From contig JBIJDH010000003.1 of the NCBI GenBank assembly GCA_044344255.1, positions 96,001 through 160,000 on the forward strand: 64,000 bases of DNA, given 5' to 3'. Under the pieces are notes generated by a model, which worked only from the letters and a program-made list of their open reading frames with translations, was not told the DNA's origin and did not search any database. The DNA is from Myxococcota bacterium (GTDB lineage Bacteria; Myxococcota_A; UBA796; UBA2385). Shown piece after piece: positions 18,097-25,488 of this stretch (its first letter is position 1; each line of letters starts with the position of its first letter). Position numbers and translations under genes: made by a program.

Positions 18097-18531
18097 TCAG
18101 GTCTGTTTGGCCAGCACGAGGTTCACGAAGGTCTCGACCGAGAAGAGGCCGAGGATCTGGCTCGAGCGGAGGCCGGGGGCGATCCGCTCAGCGGCTTCGG
18201 GCATCAGCGTGCGGAGGCGCACGAGGCCAGCCTCCGAGATGATGCCGTTCGGCGCGAATTCCTCGTCGCTCATGTCCCCGCGGGCCGCCCGCTCCATCTC
18301 GCCGCGGGTGATCTCGATGTCCCAGGCCTGCTCCAGCTTGAAGACCACCTCGAGGAACTCGAGGGACTGGAGGCCGGCCTCCATCAGGTTGGTCTCGGGC
18401 GCGATGCCCGCGGGATCGGCGGCGATCACCTCGGCGACCGCTTCGATGACGGTGTGGCGCACCTCCTCGCGGCTCGGAGCCGCGCGCGGCGGGGAGGACG
18501 GGAGGGGCGGGGTCTCACCAAGGTCGGTCAC
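18097..18531 (-). CDS. Enlarged acyl carrier protein
   Basis: Acidic; IAPETNLMEAGLQSLEFLEVVFKLEQAWDIEI (phosphopantetheine Ser in QSL); long insertion before the last helix. Confidence 0.85.
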   Translation of the reverse strand: MTDLGETPPLPSSPPRAAPSREEVRHTVIEAVAEVIAADPAGIAPETNLMEAGLQSLEFLEVVFKLEQAWDIEITRGEMERAARGDMSDEEFAPNGIISEAGLVRLRTLMPEAAERIAPGLRSSQILGLFSVETFVNLVLAKQT

Positions 18532-18594
18532 GGGTCGCTCCAGCCGGCGAAGGTAACCTGGGCGCCTGTCCGCGTTCCCGATCGGTCGCCGCCG

Positions 18595-19254
18595 TCAGTC
18601 CCCTGCGTCGAGCCAGGTCACGACCTGCTCGAGGGGCCGCCGCGGCTTCGGGCTCGGCTGCTCCGCGGGCCAGCCGAGGGCGACGGCGCCGAGCATCCGG
18701 AAGGGGGCGCGGATCCCCACGAGCGCCTCCACACCCGCCCGCGCCACCATCGGCCCGGCCATCCAGGTGGCGCCGAGGCCCTCGGCCGCGGCCTGGTTGA
18801 GGAGGTTCATCGTCGCGGCGGCGGCGGCGCACAGCTCGGACTGCATGGCGGCGGAGGTGTCGTAAGCGGAGGGGTCACCGCCGCCGGAGCGCACGAGGGC
18901 GGCGATGAGGTCGGTGTGGCTGCGGTAGCTCGGCACCACGATGACGGGCGCGGCGGCGAGGGGCTCGTGGAAGAAGTCGCCGTAGCGCCCGAAGTCGTCC
19001 TTGTGGTGGCCCCGCTCGATGATCGCACCCATCTCGGCCACCCGCGCGTGTACGACCTCGACCACCCGGGCGCGGACCGAGGCCGCCGTGACCACCGCGA
19101 AGCGCCAGGGCTGGCGGTTGGTGGGGGAGGGCGCGCTCACGGCCGCCGCGAAGAGGCGCTCCAGCACCGCCCGCTCGACGGGATCGGGGCGGAAGGCCCG
19201 CACGCTCTGGCGGGCCTGGAGGGCGGCGAGGAAGGTCGGGCCGTCGAGGGGCAT
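18595..19254 (-). CDS. Nitroreductase-family flavoprotein
   Basis: RQSVRAF, APSPTNRQPWRF, NLLNQAAAEGLGATW. Confidence 0.92.
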   Translation of the reverse strand: MPLDGPTFLAALQARQSVRAFRPDPVERAVLERLFAAAVSAPSPTNRQPWRFAVVTAASVRARVVEVVHARVAEMGAIIERGHHKDDFGRYGDFFHEPLAAAPVIVVPSYRSHTDLIAALVRSGGGDPSAYDTSAAMQSELCAAAAATMNLLNQAAAEGLGATWMAGPMVARAGVEALVGIRAPFRMLGAVALGWPAEQPSPKPRRPLEQVVTWLDAGD

Positions 19255-19284
19255 CTTCGGCCCATAGCACGGCCGACGGGGCGC

Positions 19285-20211
19285 TCAGGTGGGGCCGAGC
19301 CGAAGCCACCCCGCCTGGTCGGGTGAGCCGCCGGACCGGCCCTCGATCGGCCCTCCGTGGCCCCTCCCGAGCAGCTCGGCCATGATCACGAGCTGCACGA
19401 GGCCGGTCGCCGCGCCGAGCTCCCCGGTCGCGCCGTCGAGGTCGATCCTGCGGCCGGGCCCGAGCCCCTCCAGCGTGGATGCGGCGGGGACGGTGGCGGC
19501 GGTGGTGTGGGCGGTCCTCACCGTCAGGTTGCCCAGCCCCCGGTCCCGCGCGAGGAGCACGGCGGCCGCGGCCTCTCCGGGGGCCCGGCCCTCGGCCCAC
19601 CGCCCCGAGGCGTAGCCCTCGACGAGCAATTCGGGCTCGATCAGGCTGTCGGCGCCGATCACGAGGGCGGCATCGAGCGCGTCGGCGCGGAGGGCGCGGA
19701 GGGCGGCCTCGAGGGCCATCAGCCCGCCGATCGCCCCGGCGCAGGTGACGCCGTCTCCCCGGGCCTCGAGCTCGATGCTGATCAGGGCGTGGGCGTTGTT
19801 CGAGAGGTGGCGGAGCATCCAGTAGGGGTGGACTTGTTTGAGGCCGCGGGCCCAGGCGCCTTCGCCGTCGGGGCGCTGGTGGACCATCGCGGGCAGCAGC
19901 TCGTTCCAGAGGGCGCGCAGCCCGCCGATGCCCATGAAGACGCCGAGGCGGTCGCGGTCACCGGCCCAGCCTGCGGCCGCCTCTCGGGCGACCTCGAGGG
20001 CGAAGAGGCCCACCCGTCCGAGGAAGCGGGCCTGGGGACAGGGGAGGGGATCGCCGGGCACCCGCGCGGACAGGGCCGCCGGGTAGACCGGGGGGAGCAG
20101 GCTGTGCGGGCCGATGGCGCGCTCTCCCCGCAGCAGGCGGTCGAGCACGGCGGCGGGCCGGTCGCCGAGCGGGGTGCGCAGCGCGGTGGAGAGGACGCCG
20201 ATCCGGCTCAT
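19285..20211 (-). CDS. Ketosynthase-like subunit (chain-length-factor-like, non-catalytic)
   Basis: KS N-terminal fold (RLGVFMGIG, LSNN, GEAAAAVLL); no ACA-type catalytic Cys motif and no HGT/GH histidines. Confidence 0.75.
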   Translation of the reverse strand: MSRIGVLSTALRTPLGDRPAAVLDRLLRGERAIGPHSLLPPVYPAALSARVPGDPLPCPQARFLGRVGLFALEVAREAAAGWAGDRDRLGVFMGIGGLRALWNELLPAMVHQRPDGEGAWARGLKQVHPYWMLRHLSNNAHALISIELEARGDGVTCAGAIGGLMALEAALRALRADALDAALVIGADSLIEPELLVEGYASGRWAEGRAPGEAAAAVLLARDRGLGNLTVRTAHTTAATVPAASTLEGLGPGRRIDLDGATGELGAATGLVQLVIMAELLGRGHGGPIEGRSGGSPDQAGWLRLGPT

Positions 20212-21485
20212 GGACGGGGCTCCCGGGCCGAGCCGAAGAGGAGGGTCACGTTCTGCCCGCCGAAGCCGAAGGAGTTGCTCAGCACGACCGCGGGGGAGGC
20301 GAGGTGGGGGCGCTCCCCGAGGACGGCGATGGGGAGGTCGGGATCGGACACCTCGTGGCCGGCGGTCCCCGGCACGACCCCGCGGAGCAGGGGCAGCAGG
20401 CAGGCGGCGGCCTCGATCGCCCCCGCCGCGGCCATGCCGTGCCCGAGGGCGCCCTTGATCGAGCCCGTGAGCGGCGCCTCGGGGCCGAAGAGGTCAAAGA
20501 TGGCGCGGGCTTCGGCGAGATCGTTGCTCGGCGTGCCGGTGCCGTGGGCGTTGATGTAGCCCACGTCCGCCGGTGCCAGCCTGGCGCGGCGGAGGGCCAG
20601 GGACATCGCTTGGCGGGCCTGCTGACCGTCCTCCCGCGGCGCAGTGGGGCGGTAGCCGTCCTGGGTGGAGGCCTCCCCGAGCAGGCGGCCGAGGATCGGG
20701 GCGCCCCGGGCGCGGGCGTGGGACTCCGCCTCGACGATGAAGAAGGCGGCGCCCTCTCCGACGACGATGCCGTCCCGACGCGGGTCGAAGGGGCGACAGG
20801 CGTCAAGCTCGGCGCGGGGGCTCGGCACGCCGAGGCGGGCGAGGCCGGCGAGGCCGAGCGGGTTCAACATGCTGTCGGCGCCGCCGCAGAGCACGGCGGT
20901 GGCCTCGCCGCGGCGAATCCAAGCGGCCGCCGTGGCCAGCGCGAGGCCCCCGGCGGCGCAGGCCGAGGCGTTGACCAGCGGCGCCCCGACGATCGGGAGC
21001 ATGGCCCGGAGCAGGGTGGCCGTGCGATCGACGGGCGAGCGGTACCGACAGGCCGGGCCCTGGTCCTGCGCCCAGTCGAGGGCCTCCACGCCGGCCTGAT
21101 CCCTGTGGAACATCGGGACGAAGTCTTCGAGGAAGGCGCACTCCAGGCCGAGGGCCACCGAGAGGCGGAGGCCGGTGGGCTGGCCGGCCATGGTCCAGGC
21201 CTCGTGGGCGGCGAGCAGCCCCCAGGCGATCTTCCGATCGCGCAGCGAACCGTCGGTGGCGAGGGCCTCGAGGGCCGCCTGCTGCCCGTAGGCCGCGCGC
21301 AGGGCCTCGAGCGGGCGGACCGCGTCCGGCACCGCCCCGCCGACCTGGACGGGGAAGCCCTCGGTCGGGAAGTGGTGGAGGGGGCGGATCGCGCGGTCGC
21401 CGGCGCTCAGCCCGGACCAGAGGGCCTCGACGCCCTGCCCGAAGGCGGTGACCGCGCCGACGCCGGTGAGGACGGGCGCGCTCAT
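20208..21485 (-). CDS. Beta-ketoacyl-ACP synthase (FabF-like)
   Basis: ATG 21485; ASACAAG, RPFDPRRDG, NAHGTGT, KGALGHGMAAAG, SNSFGFGG. Confidence 0.93.
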   Translation of the reverse strand: MSAPVLTGVGAVTAFGQGVEALWSGLSAGDRAIRPLHHFPTEGFPVQVGGAVPDAVRPLEALRAAYGQQAALEALATDGSLRDRKIAWGLLAAHEAWTMAGQPTGLRLSVALGLECAFLEDFVPMFHRDQAGVEALDWAQDQGPACRYRSPVDRTATLLRAMLPIVGAPLVNASACAAGGLALATAAAWIRRGEATAVLCGGADSMLNPLGLAGLARLGVPSPRAELDACRPFDPRRDGIVVGEGAAFFIVEAESHARARGAPILGRLLGEASTQDGYRPTAPREDGQQARQAMSLALRRARLAPADVGYINAHGTGTPSNDLAEARAIFDLFGPEAPLTGSIKGALGHGMAAAGAIEAAACLLPLLRGVVPGTAGHEVSDPDLPIAVLGERPHLASPAVVLSNSFGFGGQNVTLLFGSAREPRP

Positions 21486-22396
21486 CGGGACCCGCCTGGC
21501 GCGAAGGTGAAGGTGACCCGGCTCCGCAGGCCGTCGGCGTCGCGGTGGAGGGCCTCGGCGGCGTCGCGGTCGAGGGCGCCCCGCTCGAGGGTCCGGAGCC
21601 AGGCGAGCGCGGGGCCGGCGGCGAGGGCCTCGAAGGGCTCGTCGGCGAAGGGCTCGTCGGCGGAGGGCTCGTCGGCGGAGGGCTCGTCGATGTCCTCGGC
21701 TCGCTCGATCCAGCCGAGGGGCGCCTGGGCCTCCCGCGCCAGCACGAAGACGGCCGCGCCCTCGCCGAGCGGCCGGCGGGTGCCCAGGCGGCGGAGCTCG
21801 CTCGCGGTGACGGGGTGGAGGGCGGAGTCGGCCCCCCCCGCGATGACGTAGGGGGCGTCGGTCTCCTGGAGGGCCCACATCGCCTCCCGCAGGGCCAGGG
21901 TGGTGCCGACCCCACGGGAGAAGACAGCGCCGTTCGGGCCGCCGAGGCCCTCGAGGATCGCCGGGTGAGCGAGGGTGAAGTTGTTCATGAGCTGGAAGGC
22001 GAGGGTCGGGTTGCAGGCGCCCACGCCGCGGCGAGCGAAGGCCGCCCCCGACCACTGGCCGTCTTGGAGGGCCGGTCGGAGCAGGCGGAGCACATCCTCC
22101 ATCGAGCCGGCGCTGGCGCCGACCCCGAGGAAGATGCCGATCTGGAGTGGATCGACGGGCGCGGCGCCGACGGCGGCTTCGGCTGCGCGGAGGGCGAAGA
22201 GCGCGTCGTGGACCGCGCCCGAGGCGAGCAGCGCCCCCCGAGACATCATCCGCGCGCCGCGACGGAGGGGCGGCCAGGGCTCGTCGGCGGACACCCGCCA
22301 CTCCGGCCCGGCGGGCCCCGGGGTCGGCTGGGGGACCCGCGCTCCGACGGCGACGATCGCGGCCCGAGGCGGGCCGGGGCGGCGGGGCTCACCCAT
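21482..22396 (-). CDS. Ketosynthase-like subunit (chain-length-factor-like, non-catalytic)
   Basis: IGIFLGVG, LMNN, GGADS, GEGAAVFVL; no catalytic Cys/His; contains an EPSAD tandem repeat. Confidence 0.75.
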   Translation of the reverse strand: MGEPRRPGPPRAAIVAVGARVPQPTPGPAGPEWRVSADEPWPPLRRGARMMSRGALLASGAVHDALFALRAAEAAVGAAPVDPLQIGIFLGVGASAGSMEDVLRLLRPALQDGQWSGAAFARRGVGACNPTLAFQLMNNFTLAHPAILEGLGGPNGAVFSRGVGTTLALREAMWALQETDAPYVIAGGADSALHPVTASELRRLGTRRPLGEGAAVFVLAREAQAPLGWIERAEDIDEPSADEPSADEPFADEPFEALAAGPALAWLRTLERGALDRDAAEALHRDADGLRSRVTFTFAPGGSR

Positions 22397-23582
22397 GGCC
22401 GATCACGACGCTCGCGTTGGCGCCCCCGAAGGCGAAGGCGTTGATGAGGGCCGAGCGCAGCGGCCCCACCTGGGCGGCCCCCAGGACGAGCGGCAGCGGG
22501 ACGTCGGGGTGGAGGAGGCCGGCGATGGGGGGCGCGCGACCGTCGCGGAGGGCCTCGGCGGCGGCGCAGAGGCCGACGGCGCCCGCGCCGGCGATCCAGT
22601 GGCCGAGGGCCCCCTTGACGGCGCTCACCCAGCCCGCTCCGTCGCCCAGCACCCGGAGGAGGGCCGCCGCCTCGACCGCGTCGTTGAGGGGGGTCGAGGT
22701 CCCGTGTGCCTGGACGTGATCGACCGCGCGCCGGCCCGCCTGCTCGAGGGCCCGCCGCATGGCCCGCTCGGCGCCCGCGCCCGCGGGATCGGGCATCGTG
22801 AGGTGGTGGCCGTCGACGGTGCGGGCGCAACCTTCGAGCCGGAGGGGGCCCGGCCGACTGGAGAGCCAGAGCAGCGCGGCCCCCTCCCCGACGACGAAGC
22901 CGTCTCGCTGAGCGTCGAAGGGGCGGCTGCGGCCGCGGGCGCTGAGCGCCCCGAGCTTGCCGAAGCCCGCCATCATCAAGGGGTCGACGTCGGCGCCCAC
23001 CCCGCCGGCCAGGGCCTCGTCGCACTCCCCTTGGGCGATGGCCCGCGCGGCCTCGATCACCGCGGCGAGGCCCGAGGCACAGGCGAGCGACAGCGTCGCG
23101 GTGGGGCCGGTGGCGCCGATCGCGCGCGCGAGCGCGGCGGCGACGGCGGCGGGGGAGAGCAGGGCGGGGCTCAGCCGCGGCGCGAGGGGGCCGGCCCCCG
23201 CGGCGAAGGCGGCGTGGTCGAAGGCCTTGCCGCCCCCCGCGGCGCGCGCGACCTCGACGAGGGTGTGGAAGCGCCCGCGGCCCGACTCCGCGCCGACGAA
23301 GACCCCGGTGGAGGGCCCGCCGACGGGGAGGCCCGCGCAGGCCTCGAGATCGGCGAGGGCGGCGGCCATCAGCGGCAGCCTGCGGTCCTCGGCGTCGAGG
23401 TGGGACAGGACCGGCGCGCCCACCGTACACGGGAAGCCGGTGACGTCGAAGTGCCCGATGGGGCCGACGGCGCTGTCCCCCGCGCAGAGCCGCGGCCAGC
23501 TGCTCGCCCAGGTCGGCCCGAGGGGGGTGGTCGCCCCCCAGCCGTGGATCCACACGGGGCGACCCTGGGTCTTCGGGTTCAA
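22389..23582 (-). CDS. Beta-ketoacyl-ACP synthase (FabF-like)
   Basis: LACASG, RPFDAQRDG, QAHGTST, KGALGHWIAGAG, NAFAFGG. Confidence 0.93.
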   Translation of the reverse strand: MNPKTQGRPVWIHGWGATTPLGPTWASSWPRLCAGDSAVGPIGHFDVTGFPCTVGAPVLSHLDAEDRRLPLMAAALADLEACAGLPVGGPSTGVFVGAESGRGRFHTLVEVARAAGGGKAFDHAAFAAGAGPLAPRLSPALLSPAAVAAALARAIGATGPTATLSLACASGLAAVIEAARAIAQGECDEALAGGVGADVDPLMMAGFGKLGALSARGRSRPFDAQRDGFVVGEGAALLWLSSRPGPLRLEGCARTVDGHHLTMPDPAGAGAERAMRRALEQAGRRAVDHVQAHGTSTPLNDAVEAAALLRVLGDGAGWVSAVKGALGHWIAGAGAVGLCAAAEALRDGRAPPIAGLLHPDVPLPLVLGAAQVGPLRSALINAFAFGGANASVVIGHG

Positions 23583-23618
23583 GCCGCCTCCACCCGCTTC
23601 AGGTTCGTTCAGGCCCGC

Positions 23619-24086
23619 TCAGGGCGCCTCGGTGGAGCCGTAGAGCCAGAGGTTCAGGATCTCCTGTCGTCGCTCGATCACGCGCGGGTGGCTGACCCGG
23701 GCGAAGGCGAAGGTGAGCTCCGCCTCGGCCACGGTCTCCCCGTCTCGACGAGCGATCCCGCGCACGCGCCCGCCGTCCTCGTTGGCGTGGACGCCCAGGG
23801 CCTCGAGCTCGAGCCGGTCACCGGGGCGGACGATCTGCCGGAAGCGAGCCTTGTCCGCCGAGAGTAGCAGAGCGTGGAGGTCTGTCCGACCGCGCAGCCG
23901 CATCGTCGCCTCCAGCAGGACCCCGCCGAGCTGCGCCAACCCCTCGAGGAGCAGCGCCCCCGGGAAGACCGGGTGGCCTGGGAAGTGGTCGGCGAGGAAG
24001 TCTTCGGAGAGTGTGCAGCACTTGATCGCCGTCGCGCGGGCGGGAGGCTCGAGCAGCGTGATGCGATCGATGAGGAAGTAGCGCAT
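23619..24086 (-). CDS. FabZ-like 3-hydroxyacyl-ACP dehydratase (hot-dog fold)
   Basis: LIDRI, HFPGHPVFPGALLLEGLAQ, ARFRQIVRPGD. Confidence 0.92.
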   Translation of the reverse strand: MRYFLIDRITLLEPPARATAIKCCTLSEDFLADHFPGHPVFPGALLLEGLAQLGGVLLEATMRLRGRTDLHALLLSADKARFRQIVRPGDRLELEALGVHANEDGGRVRGIARRDGETVAEAELTFAFARVSHPRVIERRQEILNLWLYGSTEAP

Positions 24087-24103
24087 GGGCCCAGCTCCAG
24101 TCG

Positions 24104-25351
24104 CTACTTACCGATGTTCTTCCCGTCCTTTCGCCAGCCCTTGCGGATCTGGTTCTCCTCTTGCCGGGTCTTGCCGCCGAAGCGCCAGGAGAGGTCAAAG
24201 GCCTGCAGGGGCCAGAGGTAGGGGGAGGGGGCCGACCAGCCGAGGCCGACGCGGAGGTCGAGGTGGCGCCAGGAGGCCTGGTAGGCCGCGGTGGCCATGT
24301 AGTTCTCGAAGAGCTGGAAGGTCATGTCCTCGGAGGTGGACACCCCCGCGTTGACCGTTCCGCCGAGGCCGGCGATGGGCGGGAGCTGCGCGTCCGAGCT
24401 CACGCCCTGGGTGTACCCGGCGAAGGCGAGGCCCTGAAACTGGAGGACGAAGCTGTCGCGCCGATTGAAGCGGTAGTCCGTGGCGGCGCGCAGCGTCCAG
24501 GCGCGGCCCTTCACGTCGAGCAGGATGGTGTTGGGATCGGCCACGTTGGTGACCCAGTCCTCGTAGGTCCGGCAGCTTGGGGTGAGCTCATCGCTGCCCG
24601 GGGCGTAGCAGCCCATGGCCATCCAGTCGGGGATGTCCGAGAAGTGGGGGGGCGCCCCGGCGATGCCGATGAAGTTGTAGGTGGCGCCGACGTGGAGGGA
24701 CCAGGGCTTCAAGATCTGGACCGACGCCAGCCCGCCCGCGGTGCCGGACCAGGCGGTGAGGGTCGAGATCCGGGAGCGGAGGTAGCTGCCGGTGAAGGCG
24801 GCGTCGAAGGGCCCGGCGCTCACGAAGTTGAACTTGGCGTTGGCGTTCGGGACCTGCAGCGCGTCGAGGGCGGGGATGGTGCCGAGCTGCGTGTTCGGGA
24901 GCACGCCGACGGTGATGGTGGCGAGACCGAGCTTGAGCTCGCCCCACTCCAGGGTGTAGGCGGTGAAGTCGGTGGCCGCGTACGGGTTCTGGGGGAGACG
25001 CTCACGGGTGGGCTTGAGGAACTCGTGCTGCTCCTCGGTGAGGGGCTTGGCCGTGACCGCCTCATTGACGTTGATCGAGGCGGGCGGATCGGACTCGTTC
25101 TCCGAGCCCTCCTTCTTGCTCCCCTTTTTCTTCTTTTTCTTTGCCTGCCCCTTCTTGCCGTCCTCCTTCTTGGCCTCGCCCTTCTGGGGCTCCGCCTCGC
25201 CGGAGCCGCTCGCTTCTCCGCTACCTCCCCCCTCGGCGCCGCCTTCGTCGGCGAGGGCGATGGGGGAGTCGGACCCAAGGTCGCCCGGCTCGTTGGACAA
25301 GTCCTGGGCCCACGCGGAGCCCATCAGCAGGAGGAGTGTGTGGGGCGTCAT
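24104..25351 (-). CDS. Exported hypothetical protein, possibly outer-membrane beta-rich
   Basis: Signal peptide ending AWA; acidic/Lys-rich N-terminal linker; alternating beta-strand-like segments (FDLSWRFGG). Confidence 0.7.
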   Translation of the reverse strand: MTPHTLLLLMGSAWAQDLSNEPGDLGSDSPIALADEGGAEGGGSGEASGSGEAEPQKGEAKKEDGKKGQAKKKKKKGSKKEGSENESDPPASINVNEAVTAKPLTEEQHEFLKPTRERLPQNPYAATDFTAYTLEWGELKLGLATITVGVLPNTQLGTIPALDALQVPNANAKFNFVSAGPFDAAFTGSYLRSRISTLTAWSGTAGGLASVQILKPWSLHVGATYNFIGIAGAPPHFSDIPDWMAMGCYAPGSDELTPSCRTYEDWVTNVADPNTILLDVKGRAWTLRAATDYRFNRRDSFVLQFQGLAFAGYTQGVSSDAQLPPIAGLGGTVNAGVSTSEDMTFQLFENYMATAAYQASWRHLDLRVGLGWSAPSPYLWPLQAFDLSWRFGGKTRQEENQIRKGWRKDGKNIGK

Positions 25352-25488
25352 GGTGCAAGCTTAACAGCTCCGTCGCTGGGGTTGGAGGGGAGGGTGCTGG
25401 CGAGCGGGGCGCAGGCTCGGCCTGCGGCGGGCAGCCTCCCGCTTGGTTCGGTGGTAGAAATGCGGACCTGCCCGCGCGAGCCCCCCCT

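Noticed and set aside
25124..25143. T-rich run resembling a terminator
   Set aside because: It encodes the poly-Lys tract of 24104-25351 on the minus strand.
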